A stretch of DNA of 48,390 bases from Octopus bimaculoides (GCF_001194135.2 NC_068999.1:26391778-26440167), one strand, 5' to 3'; counted from the first letter of the stretch, positions 10,590 through 22,456 are shown. Program-made: numbers and translations. The notes: generated from the sequence alone by a model not told the origin.

Positions 10590-11840
10590 TTGGGTCGTCC
10601 CATAAATAATGCGGGTTTTTCAATTGCATGAACTAAAAGTTGGATAAACTGCCTGCATCAACTTGCTATAAAAGTAGGTAGTAATTTTACTTCGTCCTTA
10701 TTCATAGTGCAACTTTTGAAGAGTGCAGTTTGATTTTAGCAGTTATTTTTTCAAAGTTATAATGAAAGAAGCATATTTTGCTTTATGAGTTCAATACAGG
10801 CAACAACACAACAGAACATACAAGGAATATTATTGCAGTATATGGGGATTAGACAATAAGTGAAAGCCAGTGTTAACAGTGATTCCAAAAATTTCGAGCC
10901 AGAAAATACAGCCTAGAAGACAAGCCTCGCCCTCGAAGATCTGTAGAGCTCAATGAAGATGTCCTGCAATCCCTGGTGGAACAAAATCCCATCGTAACTG
11001 TTGAGGAATTAGCAGAGAAGCTTGGATTTGGTCATTCAATCAGTCATCGATACCTGCATGACATCGGAAAAGTTAGCAATTTGAGTCAATGGGTTCCTCA
11101 CAAACTTTCTGAGTCTAATCATGTGTAGAGTATGAATGTGTGCTCTTCTTTGCTGTCATGTCTCACGAATGAACCTTTTTGGACCGAATAGTGACTGGTG
11201 ACAAGAAATGGGTTTTCTATAAAAATGTCAAGTGTCGACAACAGTGGGTAGGGAAAGGAGAAATACCAGCACCCCCCAAACTAAAGGTCTTCACCCACAT
11301 AAAATGTTGTTGTCTGTTTGGTGGGATATGAAAAATTTAGTCCACTTTGAACTTTTAAATCCAAACCAAATGGTAACAAAGGAGATTTACTGCGAGCAGC
11401 TCAAGTGGCTTAAGTGAGAACTAGAAGAAAAATGGCCATCTTTGGTTTCAAGACGAAAAGTGTTCTGCCATCAGGATAATGCTCGGTCACATATAGTGAG
11501 GATGACATTCCAAAGGCTGGAGCAGTTTGAATGAGAAATGATGCCCTACTCACATTCGCTGGGCATTGCCCCATCTGATTATTATTTATTCCGCAGTCTT
11601 CAAAATCATTTGGATGGTAAAAATATGAATTCTGTAGATGAGGTCAGAACAGTACTGGTGAAGTATTTTTTGTCATGGACAAGTGAATTTTGGAAGAGGG
11701 GCCTTGCAAGTCTACCAGATAGATGGAAGAGCATTGTAGAAAATGAAGGAGAGTATATTTTAGATTAAAAAAGAACTTTGTTTATCTTAATTTTGGAATA
11801 TAAAAGAAGTATAAAAAAACTGCATTGTTTATGTGGTGAC
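10590..11840 (+). mobile_element. Near full-length mariner (Hsmar1/SETMAR-like) transposon, pseudogenised
   Basis: TA + TIR ttgggtcgtcccataaataatgcgg, degenerate right TIR at 11813-11840. Transposase ~10762-11768 with HILLYEF, WVPHKL, VTGDKKW, HQDNAR, APSDYYLF and W..IVENEGEYI, carrying stops and frameshifts. Confidence 0.92.
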
Positions 11841-11935
11841 AAGGAGGGTATTTGGCTGTAGAAAATCTACTTTTGCAAATTCCATTCGACTCACGCAAGC
11901 ATGGAAAAGTACACATCAAAAGGATGATGATGATA
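11835..11935 (+). mobile_element. Short RTE 3' tail fragment overlapping the mariner right TIR
   Basis: ggtgacaaggagggtatttggctgtagaaaa...gcatggaaaa...(gat)n. Confidence 0.65.
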
Positions 11936-12292
11936 TATAAAATATGTTTATCTATAAGTTTAATGATGATTATACTTTAGGAGAGTGGGTTATATATCTT
12001 TAGATATACACCTAACTTTCCTACATTAAATTGGAAGAGAACTGAACGCAGAAACTCCAAACTGATCAACAACAACAAATATTTATTGTTCGGTGGAAAA
12101 TAAAACAGCTTCTAATTGTCCGATTTTAGTGTAGCCTGAAATGTAGATGTATGGTTCTTCGAGCTGGTGTCGTTATAGAGACAACTTGGTTCAACCACAC
12201 TCAAATGGGAGAGCTTGCTTAGACGTCTTGCTTGGTCGCTGTCTGGCTTGGTAAGAGACAGTCTAATAGCGGGAACGCTTCGATGTTGAAAC

Positions 12293-12380
12293 CCACGCAT
12301 GCGTGGTTAAGGATTCAGTAATGGCGCCTATGCTTTTTGGCGCAATGGCGCCTATGCTTTTTGGCGCCAATATGACGTCA
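12293..12380. promoter_or_regulatory. Promoter-like motif cluster (NRF1-like palindrome, 2x YY1-like core, 2x E2F, CRE)
   Basis: Palindrome ccacgcatgcgtgg at 12293-12306. 24-bp tandem aatggcgcctatgctttttggcgc at 12320-12343 and 12344-12367, each with ATGGCG and TTTGGCGC. TGACGTCA at 12373-12380. Locally CpG-rich. Confidence 0.6.
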
Positions 12381-13281
12381 CTACAATACTAACAAATGAT
12401 TGCAATGAATTAGAGTTTCATGTTTAAGTTGGGCATGTTATGGTCAACTCAGATTCATTTATGAACATGTTTAATGAATAATAAATTGCCTTCATATGAA
12501 GCCCTGAGTCATGGCAATTGTTTATTGTATGGGTTGTCATTAAACTATATTATAGACCCCACATAATATTCATAATTAAGTACTCTTTATTTTGGGGCTA
12601 CGAAGTGCAACCAATCACACACTCACACAAAATTATTTCTAATTTAAGCTCAAAGCCAGCAATTTCAAGGAAAGGGAGTTAGCAATTAAAACTGGATTTT
12701 ACACTGACATTATATTAAGATTTTATACCAATGCTTTTCAACTGATGCAAAGGATGTATGCAATGAAGAGAAAACTTTGTTTTTAAAAAAAGGAAAGAAA
12801 GATAAAAACAGTAATCTTCGAACGATGCTCTTTGCAATATTTTTCTGCATCAAGTTACAAACTCTCCTTCATTTTTTACACGGCCAAAAATTCAGTTAAT
12901 CAATTATTAGCCCGTTGGAAAACTGCAAGCAAAGCTTCTCTATTATTTACCATTCGCAATATGAAACATATAAGGAAAATTTAGAAATTAGGAAAGCACG
13001 TCTAATTGATCAAGATTTAACGAAGAAGCCTCTAACTACTAGTTCTGCTAGGCATAACTTATTGTGCTTAGATAATGTAGTCCTAGACGTACTTTGACTT
13101 CCAAAAGTCAGGATGGTGTAGGATTCCTTTGATCATCATACTGCTGGATTTATATGGTCTTTAACATTAACAACAATGCTTATCAGATTTGTTTTGCCAA
13201 ATATTTTTCAATAAATGCTAACAATAGCTATAAGTATTTCCTATACATCGCCTTCAGATTACGAAATAACATCTGCAAATA

Positions 13282-13504
13282 GGGTGGCGAGGTGGCAGAA
13301 TCATTAATTAGCACGCCGGCCAAAATGCTAGCGATATTTCGTCTGTTTTTATATCCTGAGTTCAAATCCTGCCAAGGCCGACTGTGGTTTCCATTTTTTT
13401 TTTTTGTGGTCAATAAAATAAGTACCAGCTGAGCACTGAGGGTCAATGCAATCGATTTACCCTCGTCCTCCGAATTTGCTGGCCTTGTGCCAAAATTTGA
13501 AACC
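13282..13504 (+). mobile_element. SINE family A, full length, ~125 bp upstream of the HDAC3 ATG
   Basis: gggtggcgaggtggcagaatc...gagttcaaatcc...aaaataagtaccagctgagcactg...gccaaaatttgaaacc. Confidence 0.85.
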
Positions 13505-13628
13505 AACATTACATTTATAATCATGTTAACATCAGAGACTTTTCTTAAATTTTGACAAATGAACCAGAGACGAACACTCGGAACTCTTCATGTTTTGAAA
13601 ACAAAATTATTACTGAAAAGACAACAAA

Positions 13629-13686
13629 ATGGCGAATCCCACTGTTGCATATTTTTATGATCCTGATGTTGGAAATTTTCATTACG
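13629..13686 (+). CDS. HDAC3: Histone deacetylase 3, coding exon 1
   Basis: MANPTVAYFYDPDVGNFHYG, followed by donor G|gtaaag. Confidence 0.97.
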
Positions 13687-13947
13687 GTAAAGAATATCTT
13701 AAATTTAATATGCATTAACATGTTAGTAGCTATATTCCCATCGGATATGATTTTTTAAAGTAAAAGAATGCTGTGTTTTCAATTTTTAATGATATAAAAT
13801 GATATCGATGCTTATTATGGTGCAGTGGGTAGCGACCAGTCTTTCATGTAAACGTTTACATTCTATGCCTCATTGTTCGACGTTCAAATCTAGCCGATGT
13901 TGATTTCATCATTTACTCTGCGATCAGTAAAGAAATAATGATGTTGC

Positions 13948-14011
<64 letters not shown>

Positions 14012-14178
14012 NNNNNNNNNNNNNNNNNNNNNNNNNNNNNNNNNNNNNNNNNNNNNNNNNNNNNNNNNNNNNNNNNNNNNNNNNNNNNNNNNNNNNNNNN
14101 NNNNNNNNNNNNNNNNNNNNNNNNNNNNNNNNNNNNNNNNNNNNNNNNNNNNNNNNNNNNNNNNNNNNNNNNNNNNNN
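14012..14178. other. Assembly gap inside a (TA)n/(CA)n microsatellite
   Basis: N run. Other gaps at 17137-17146, 37118-37186, 40233-40242, 43425-43696, 44940-45039 and 48035-48044. Confidence 0.99.
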
Positions 14179-14223
<45 letters not shown>

Positions 14224-15069
14224 CATACATATATACACACACATATATTTACACACGCACACACTCCCTTTTGAGTGAAGTTAGGGCTGTTCATTAGGTC
14301 ATTTATGATGTGTTTACATTTAACGCACGAAAAAATATATAATGTGCCACTTCATGTATCAACATTTTAGACAAATACCTACTTATATTGGTAATGTTTT
14401 GATTTGCACTTGAGAAATACTAATTTCACATAAAGTACATTATTATCGTTTTTATCTATTTGATGGGCAACATCTCTGACCTTTGCAAGTCCTCACACGC
14501 TTGTAACGAATATACAGTTGATGGAAGCCGATACCTTTAAGAAAAGAATTGGACACACAGAATTCTATTATTTACATTTCTGGGTAAAAAATTATTCAGT
14601 GTGCGGTTTGGGAAAAGAGAGACAAAGTAAGGAAGAAGAGGTAGGAATATAGGGTGGGGTTGGACGTAGGTGATACACAAGTTTGCTAGTTAAGAGGAGC
14701 AGATGTCATTGTAGTAGCGGTAGAATATGCAGACGAAAATCTGTTGTCAGTCGGTGCTTAAAACATTTGTTTATAGCAGCAGCACTACCTCCATATATGT
14801 TAGCTGTAATGTATTGTAGAGTCAAGATTGACTCTACAACACACATTAGCCAATATTGTAGATTGAAGATTGGTTAGTGTATGAAGTATTTTCAAGTGCT
14901 GTGGCCTTGATTACATTATAAACATGTGAAGTTTAGTTATGCCAACTTTTAGAATTTCAGTTGTGTTGCTAGTTTGTGCAAGAAGGATTCATATAGCCAA
15001 GATTGCTTGATATCTGTTGTGTTTATGATTTTAGGTGAATCCAGGATGGTGGGAGAATAAATTGGCACA

Positions 15070-15215
15070 ACTATGTGATTAGTTAAGAACTTTGCTTTGC
15101 AGCCATGTGGTTTCAGATCCACTCCCACTGCACAACCTCTTGGGTCAGTGTCTTCTGTCACCCTGGATTGACAAATGACTTGCCACTGAATTTTGTAGAC
15201 AGAAACTATATCTGT
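15070..15215 (+). mobile_element. Degenerate SINE family B
   Basis: Aligns by eye to 43090-43230 (cagtgtcttct...tgtagacagaaact). Confidence 0.55.
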
Positions 15216-15717
15216 GTGTGTTTGTTGTTGGCTTCTTTACAGCCTCAAAGCTTAGTTCAACAGAAAGAAATGGATAGAATTTGTAAGATACTTCAAAAGA
15301 TCAGGTCATCCCATAAGTGATATCATTTTTCAGACTTTACTTGTTGAAACATGCTCTAACACATTTAAACAAGACTTTTTCATGAGTGCATAAATACCAC
15401 AGAGCAAGGAAAGCTTCAGTTAGATAGATTCTGGCTTGCAGACACACTAATAATTTGATGCTTTAATAGCCCCTCATGAAAATGGAGGTCAGAGAAGAGC
15501 ACATTAGACAAGTCAAGCCTTATGAGTATAAATAAGACAACAATGCAACAAATGCTGTAAAAAAAATGTATGGTGAAGGAGTTTTGAATATTTGCAAGTG
15601 CCAACGATGTGTATGCATTGGTGCACATATGTATGTAAATGTGTATGTGTATAGGTGTGAGTGTGTATGTATATATATATATATATAAAAACTGGAAAAG
15701 TACAGGACAAGTTATTC

Positions 15718-16491
15718 CACTTGGAAAAGCTCAGGACAAGTTATTGCATGTGGTAAAGTACAGAAGAAGAAAATTTTACTCAAAATATTGCAGCTAAGGA
15801 TAAAATTTCAAATAAAATATTTAGATTTAGAAAATATTAGCTTGTATTAAAACTAAAAATTTTATTACAAGTTATTACTTCTATTTGTTATTACTTGTTA
15901 CTTCTATTAAAAATTAAAAATAACTCAAAAATATTTTTTGCACTTTAAAAAAATTCATTCTTTAAATTATTAATTTATAATTAGAAATTTGAAAATAGGT
16001 TATAAAAAATAATAGTAGTACATAATTAGTACAATAAATAGAATAGTACAAAAATTAGTTATATATTACAGTAAAATCTACCTATAACAACAAATTCACA
16101 GTAAAATTTGCTTAAATCTACCTCTAACAACAAATTTACAGTAAAATTTGCTTAAGTTACTACCTAAATCATTGCCAAGTCTTCACATTTTTAGTCTTGA
16201 CCCAATGCCTATTTTTTACATAATGAATTTGCCTACCATACATACTATTCTACTTTGCATAAAACTTTAGCTGTATTGAGACTTCTGGCTCTCATTTTTT
16301 TAAGTATTCTAGTGTGTCAATATTTTAACAAAATGTTGGTACCTTTTTTTTAATCATAATGTTACTTTGTAAATTAAAATCAAATAATTTTTAATATTCA
16401 AATTTTATCCTTAGCTACAATAGTTTGAGTAAAAATTTTCTTGTTCTGTACTTTACCAGATGTAATAACTTGTCCTGAACTTTTCCAAGTG
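15718..16491. mobile_element. MITE-like element with ~115-bp terminal inverted repeats (CAC...GTG ends)
   Basis: cacttggaaaagctcaggacaagttattgcatgtggtaaagtacag... versus the reverse complement of ...ctgtactttaccagatgtaataacttgtcctgaacttttccaagtg. AT-rich interior. Confidence 0.8.
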
Positions 16492-16494
16492 CAT

Positions 16495-17230
16495 CTTTGT
16501 ATGAAAAAGTTTTGAAAACTCTTTTTTTTTTTCACAACCCACTTCTCTCATCATCCCACTCCAGACCTATTTTGGCCATTTTTTTTGCACTTCAAGACCA
16601 TGGGAAGAGCATTTTTGTAAAAAAAAAAAATAAAAAATGTTGATATTTTCAGAGGGAAAGTAAGTGATTTAAGGGCAATTTGGCTGTTGCTTCTAGCACA
16701 GCCAAAGACAACCCTCCTTGTTTCTTTATCACTGTTGCATATATTGATGTTTTCCAATATTTTTTCCCCGAGAAATTATGAATTTTTGGCAACCCCACTC
16801 CCTGCCCCCGATTGCTTCTGTTTAGAAATTAAAATATTGGGGAGCCTGAGAAAGTCATTGCTGGCATTTATCCACAGTGATTTAAAAGAAATTACAGAGA
16901 TGTACTTGTATAGCAAGTGACTTGATCTGAGATCGTGTGCTGAAACAAAATCAATTGCCGCATGGAAGATATTTGTAAGCTATTCAAGATCACACAAAAA
17001 CCATTAGTAAAACATTAAAATTTCATTTGTGTCAAAATATGTATGTCACTTTGAAACTGTGACCTGTTTACTGACAAAACTTCACAAAAGTGATGCAGTA
17101 CAAAGTTTTGTCAGTGAACAGGTCACGATTTCAAAGNNNNNNNNNNTGTTTTGTGTTTTTTTGTTTTTTACCGAAAAGGCTCCTCCCATGGTTTTTAAGT
17201 TAAAAAGGAAAATGGCCAAAATTGGTCCGG
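16495..17230. repeat. Interspersed repeat module X (+ copy 16495-16850; inverted partial copy ~17150-17230)
   Basis: ccatgggaagagc / gctcctcccatgg and ggctgttgcttctagcaca motifs, also found at 41690-42010 (+) and 42240-42520 (-). Confidence 0.6.
17049..17136. repeat. 88-nt hairpin (34-bp stem, 20-nt loop)
   Basis: ctttgaaactgtgacctgtttactgacaaaactt pairs with aagttttgtcagtgaacaggtcacgatttcaaag, 3 non-identical positions. Confidence 0.85.
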
Positions 17231-18270
17231 ATAGTTATTATTGTAAGGCTTATGTCATTCCAAACAGCCATAACTTAAGTTTTTTTACAAAAAATATACA
17301 GGTATTTTAAAAAGTTTTCATTCAATAAATAATGTTTTTACATTACGTATACATTAATAGAATAAACTGTTGGTTTTCCAAATAGTGAATTAAAACTTGA
17401 AATGTAAACATTAAAAGAGAAAGTGAGACTTTGCAAATGAAAATGGAAAACTCTGCAGTGAATGCAGTGAATATTTAAATTTGTGAAGAACTGGACGCAG
17501 TAAATGCAAATGAATATTTAAATATGTGAGAAATTGGAGTTAAAAAAATTCAATGAACTTGAGAAATTGAAATTATAGGAAATTTCTTAGAACATGAATT
17601 TATAAAGATATTTCCAGACTGTCAACCCTTTATTAATTGCTTTCTTTTAGTACCTTTAGTAATTGTTACATACCTAATTAATAAGCAGCTTTCTACATTA
17701 TAGTATAGATAGATAGATATGTCATTTAGCGGTGTCATTGATTATTTTTTCTTCACCTCAATGATGCTGGTGACATATATTAAAAGTCCCTTATAGAACT
17801 ATATTCATAAAAAAGTATAGAACTATATTATCACCCTCAAGTTTGAGAAACAAACACTCATAACTTTTTTCTCTTAAAACTTCATTGCATGAGATTGATA
17901 CCATGAAATTCCTCAAATTGAGCTCTATCATTTAAGCTTAATTAAAATATAGTTTGTTTATAAAATAAAAAAGTTAATTATACTTAAATCCAATTTTTTT
18001 GTCTTACTTATATTTAACTATGGTGGTAGTTGAATGATATATATGTGTGTGTGTATGTAAATGTATGTCTATAGGTTTGTATAGTTATGTATGTATATTT
18101 ATATGTGTTTATATGTTTGTACTTTGATGTCAATGATGGATACGTAATTATTTGTGTGTTCTCATTTAAATGTGTGTGTATGTGCTTTGCAAGTAATTTT
18201 GTATGACATTTAAATGATTCTGTGAATCCAGTTAAAATATTAACATGTAAACTATACATTGTTTTCCTAG

Positions 18271-18353
18271 GCCCCAGTCATCCAATGAAACCACATAGAA
18301 TAGCCTTGACACATTGTTTAGTTCTTCATTATGGACTTTATAAAAAAATGAAG
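18271..18353 (+). CDS. HDAC3: HDAC3 coding exon 2 (83 bp)
   Basis: cctag|(G)[27 protein letters not shown]|gtatgt. Confidence 0.97.
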
Positions 18354-19349
18354 GTATGTTTCAAAAAGTAAACTGATTTTTAAAATAAAAATTATGATGT
18401 TTTTTTTTTTGAAATAAAATTATGAATTTTCTTCAATATATTTCTCTGCGGTGTATTTTGTTTGCCATTTAGGTAAATTTTCCTTATATTATTAATGTAG
18501 TTGTTTTACTTCAACTCTTAGGGCTATGACATGATTATTCCTTGTCACGTATTGTACACCTGCAGTGCATTGATGACACTGTAATGAAAGTCTTTCTGAT
18601 TAAGCTGGAGTCCTCCAGTTGCCTTTCCATTCCTGTCCAAGACTTGTCAATTTTAGTATTTTTGCAAAACATATTAAATTTGGTTTGCTTCCCTTTTTTT
18701 TTAAGTTTTATAATTACTTCCCTACTCATGTTTGTTTATTTTATTTCTTCTTTAATGTATTTGACCGTATTTATTTCCAATATATTTAACAACTTTTCAA
18801 CAATTTTTCTCCTATTTATTCATTGGTTTATTTCCTTTAATGTTTTGATGAAAAATTGGCATCATCAACCATTGGCGCTTCATCTCATCTCCTCAGTATT
18901 CCATCTTTCTTTTTCTTTCTCTTTCTTGTCAGTTGTCTCTTTCTCTTACTATTAACTGCCTCTCTCTTTTTACAATGGTTAGATCTGAGAAACTGTTTCT
19001 ATCTTTGGTGTTTTGTTTATATATGTCATGTTTTTGAAAGTAGCTTTATATTTCTCTCTTTCACTTGTTAGCTATTTCACTTGCAGTAATTGCTTCACTC
19101 TATGTGTACTTACCTATCTGTGCTGAGATCAACTTTACCTCTGGTAAAATTAATCTCTGTAGGGTTTGAACTCAGAGCACATGGAACAACTAGCGCAACT
19201 TGTATCCATGAGCATACAAATAACACAACTTGTATCCATGAGCATGCTCAACAGATTTTAAAGATATATTGTTATATGCATGGTAAAAATCTTTTTAAAG
19301 TAATCCATCTAAAGAACTGTGTAATGTTGTTTTTATATTTCACATGCAG

Positions 19350-19492
19350 GTCTATCGTCCTTATCGAGCATCAGCCCATGATATGTGTCGGTTTCATTCT
19401 GAAGAATACATCAATTTTTTACAGAGTGTTACTCCACAGACAGTACAAAATTATACTAAAAGTCTCAGTGCATATAATGTGGGGGATGATTG
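19350..19492 (+). CDS. HDAC3: HDAC3 coding exon 3 (143 bp)
   Basis: tgcag|[47 protein letters not shown](C)|gtaagc. Confidence 0.97.
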
Positions 19493-19587
19493 GTAAGCTT
19501 GTTAGCTTTATTTATGAGTGTTGTAATATATTAGAACCTATTGAAATGCCTCAGATATTAAAAACAATATTTCCATTTCTTTTGCAG

Positions 19588-19669
19588 TCCTGTATTTGAT
19601 GGGTTATTTGATTTTTGTTCAATGTACACTGGAGCATCATTAGAAGCTGCAGTTAAATTAAACAACAAT
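19588..19669 (+). CDS. HDAC3: HDAC3 coding exon 4 (82 bp)
   Basis: tgcag|(C)[27 protein letters not shown]|gtaagt. Confidence 0.97.
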
Positions 19670-20339
19670 GTAAGTTTGTACTCTTTGTTATCATGCAAGT
19701 TGATTTTTGTTTTATCTTTATTCACTTTTTAATTTGTTAGTAGACTGAAAGAAAGAAAAAGAAGTTGGAGCATAGGCCATTATCTTCTCATACAATATCG
19801 GAAGTTAGAGAACTTTTAAGTTACTTAGTCTGGTATAGTTGATATACAAATTAACATATTTGATGAATATTCCCACATTCTGATTTAATATAAGGTATTG
19901 GCTTGTGAGAAGTAGATTGACTGGTGCAGTGTGTTATTCAAAAACATTTCAATAGGGACAAGGTAGCTGTGAATTTCTCAGAATGTGGAAACTTTGATAG
20001 AAGTGGTAAAGAAAAGACAACAGTCAATTGTTTACTGAGGTACATTGTACATGTGATTAATGTGAAGTAAATACTGTAAATTTCGTACATATTTTATGTG
20101 ATCAGCAGAGATAAAAATATAAAGACTACACATTCAAGTGAATGAAAACAATAGACTGAAATATGCTGTAAGATTAATCAAAGATAAAACTTTATAAGTC
20201 AAGCAATTATATTATTCTATACATAAAACCAGATTGATATGATTCTTGAATTTTCATCCATTATTTGGTTGTTGTATTTGTTTAAATATCAAAATAATGT
20301 TCTACTTTTATTATATATATATATACACACACACACATA

Positions 20340-20490
20340 CAGTTGTGGCCAAAAGTTTGGAACATTTAAAACAAATTAATACTGTTATGGTCAAGTACAA
20401 TTTGATTCAAATATATACAATGTATATATTTGGGCATTTAATATAAAACTTCTAATTTTCAAACTTGTTCCCAACTTTTGGCCACAACTG
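20340..20490. mobile_element. Tc1-type MITE (151 bp) with TA target duplication
   Basis: TA-cagttgtggccaaaagtttggaaca ... tgttcccaacttttggccacaactg-TA. 25-bp TIR with 1 mismatch. Confidence 0.88.
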
Positions 20491-20575
20491 TATATATAAT
20501 AAGTCTGTGTGTGTGTATTCTATTAATTGTAACTTGTATTTGCTCAAATTTTGTATTTTAAATTTTGTTTTATAG

Positions 20576-20632
20576 CACTGTGATATAGCTATAAATTGGT
20601 CTGGAGGCTTACACCATGCTAAAAAATTTGAG
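20576..20632 (+). CDS. HDAC3: HDAC3 coding exon 5 (57 bp)
   Basis: tatag|[19 protein letters not shown]|gtaaaa. Contains the catalytic His pair, and KKFE is HDAC3-type. Confidence 0.97.
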
Positions 20633-21059
20633 GTAAAAGCATATTTCCTTTTTGTACAGAAAAATAATAGGATTACCAAAAGTTGATATGAATGTGTTTA
20701 GAGAATTTGCCTTGTTATTCTTCTGATTAATTGAATTGGAGAAATGATGTTGACATATTGGAGGCAAAAAGTATAGTGTGTGGAAGTGTGATGCTTCAGT
20801 GATGGTAACAAGATCAGTGGACTTATTGATTGGAAATTGTAAGAGCTATAGTAATATGCTGTTAATAGATTAACGAATAATGAAGGAAAGCAATCAATAA
20901 CTGGGGAAATTAAATGAAGTATTTTACTGAGCTTGACCAGTGGAGAAAACTTTATTCTTCTATTGTTGTTGAAATGCTAAAATTCTCAGACAGCATATAG
21001 AAGATTAGAAATGTTTCCAAAGTCTTACATCTATTATTGATATTGGTTAGCACTTTCAG

Positions 21060-21237
21060 GGAATGGAGTAAGTTGATTACATGGATCCCAGTGTTCAACC
21101 AGTACTTATTTTATTGATCATGAAAGAACGAAAGCTAAGTTGACTTTGGCAGAATTTGAATTAAGAACATAGAGATGGACAAAATGCCGCTAAGCATTTT
21201 GTTCGGCCTGCTAGCAAGTCTGCCAGCTCACTGCCTT
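21060..21237 (-). mobile_element. SINE family A, antisense in intron 5
   Basis: Reverse complement reads ggcagtgagctggcagacttgctagc...tgcttagcggcattttgtcc...aataaaataagtactgg. Confidence 0.8.
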
Positions 21238-21402
21238 CACATCTCTTATTGATATTAAAATTTCAAAATGAAATATCAATTTTCTTCATTGATTAATTGA
21301 ATAAATAAATTATTTTTCAAAATTTTAAATTTAACTTAGCTAAAATCATATTCATATTTCTTTGTTACATTTGGAATTATAATTCTGTATATTTTCTTTT
21401 AG

Positions 21403-21458
21403 GCTTCAGGTTTTTGCTATGTAAATGATATAGTGATCTCTATTCTGGAATTGCTAAA
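21403..21458 (+). CDS. HDAC3: HDAC3 coding exon 6 (56 bp)
   Basis: tttag|ASGFCYVNDIVISILELL(K)|gtaagt. Confidence 0.97.
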
Positions 21459-22408
21459 GTAAGTGTGGTCTTAATTTAATTTTACTTTATTTTCTGCCAT
21501 TTAGTAATTTGTTTCATTAGAAAGTTTATATTGATTCTTGGTATTGCTGATCTGTTTTTCTTAAATTAATATGCTATTAAAATGATTCTAGTTGGGGTTC
21601 AATTATCAGATTAAGTTGCTAGGCAATTGACAGAGCTGTTCACATTCATGCTACTCACATTTCAATGATTTGTAGTGAGAAACACAACTGGTTGTAACAG
21701 AAATGTTCTTAGTAATATGTAAAGATATTTATATTCAAAATGTGATGGGAAAATGGGTATAAAATGAAATAAACATTCAGTGAAGAAATTATAGATGGTG
21801 ATATTTTAATAACTTCAAGATGTAGATAGGAAGTCAGTGTTTTAGTGACTGCCTATGCTGAGCGATCCATTGTCAAGTTTAGAATAATGGACCAGCCTTT
21901 CTTACTATATGTAATACTGTCTATATTTGATTTACAATAATCTACATCATATGTGTGATGGTGTATATACCTTTTTCTTAAAACATATCTGATCCCAGAC
22001 ATAGCTTGTTTAACTCTTTTACAGTGTCTTAGAAAGTACAATAAAGTAACTTCCCATTGCTATCTGCTGTTAGACATGAAAGTTTTTACTAGAGAAGGAG
22101 AAATAGGAATTGTTTCATTCACACCTTTTCCAATATAAGTGAAATAACTAAAGTCTACAATTGACTTGCTTGGAACTCAGTTTCTGTATTTTAATTCTTG
22201 CACTTGCTTGTTAATTAACTCTATTGAGTGACCTGGTGGCTAAGTTCAAAGAATACTAGATAAACAATTAAGTGATTGGAGTACAAATTTTGTCATTGGA
22301 ACTGCATTGTTGCTGCACTTTACTCAGTGCACTTACCCGTAAATAAGTACTGCAGGGTATGAATAACTTGCTGCTGGGGAATCTGTTTGATTGAAGTAAA
22401 TTTATGAA

Positions 22409-22456
<48 letters not shown>

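Noticed and set aside
12241-12260. Plus-strand donor TTG|GTAAGA as an upstream HDAC3 5' UTR exon
   Set aside because: It lies upstream of the promoter-like motif cluster and no matching acceptor was evident before the ATG, so it cannot be supported without transcripts.
13913-14297. ORFs rich in YI/HT/CV repeats (also near 34650, 37000, 43400)
   Set aside because: These are translations of (TA)n/(CA)n microsatellites and N gaps.
19090-19599. 169-aa ORF overlapping HDAC3 exon 3
   Set aside because: It runs across HDAC3 exon 3 and intron sequence in a frame unrelated to HDAC3 and has no recognisable homology.
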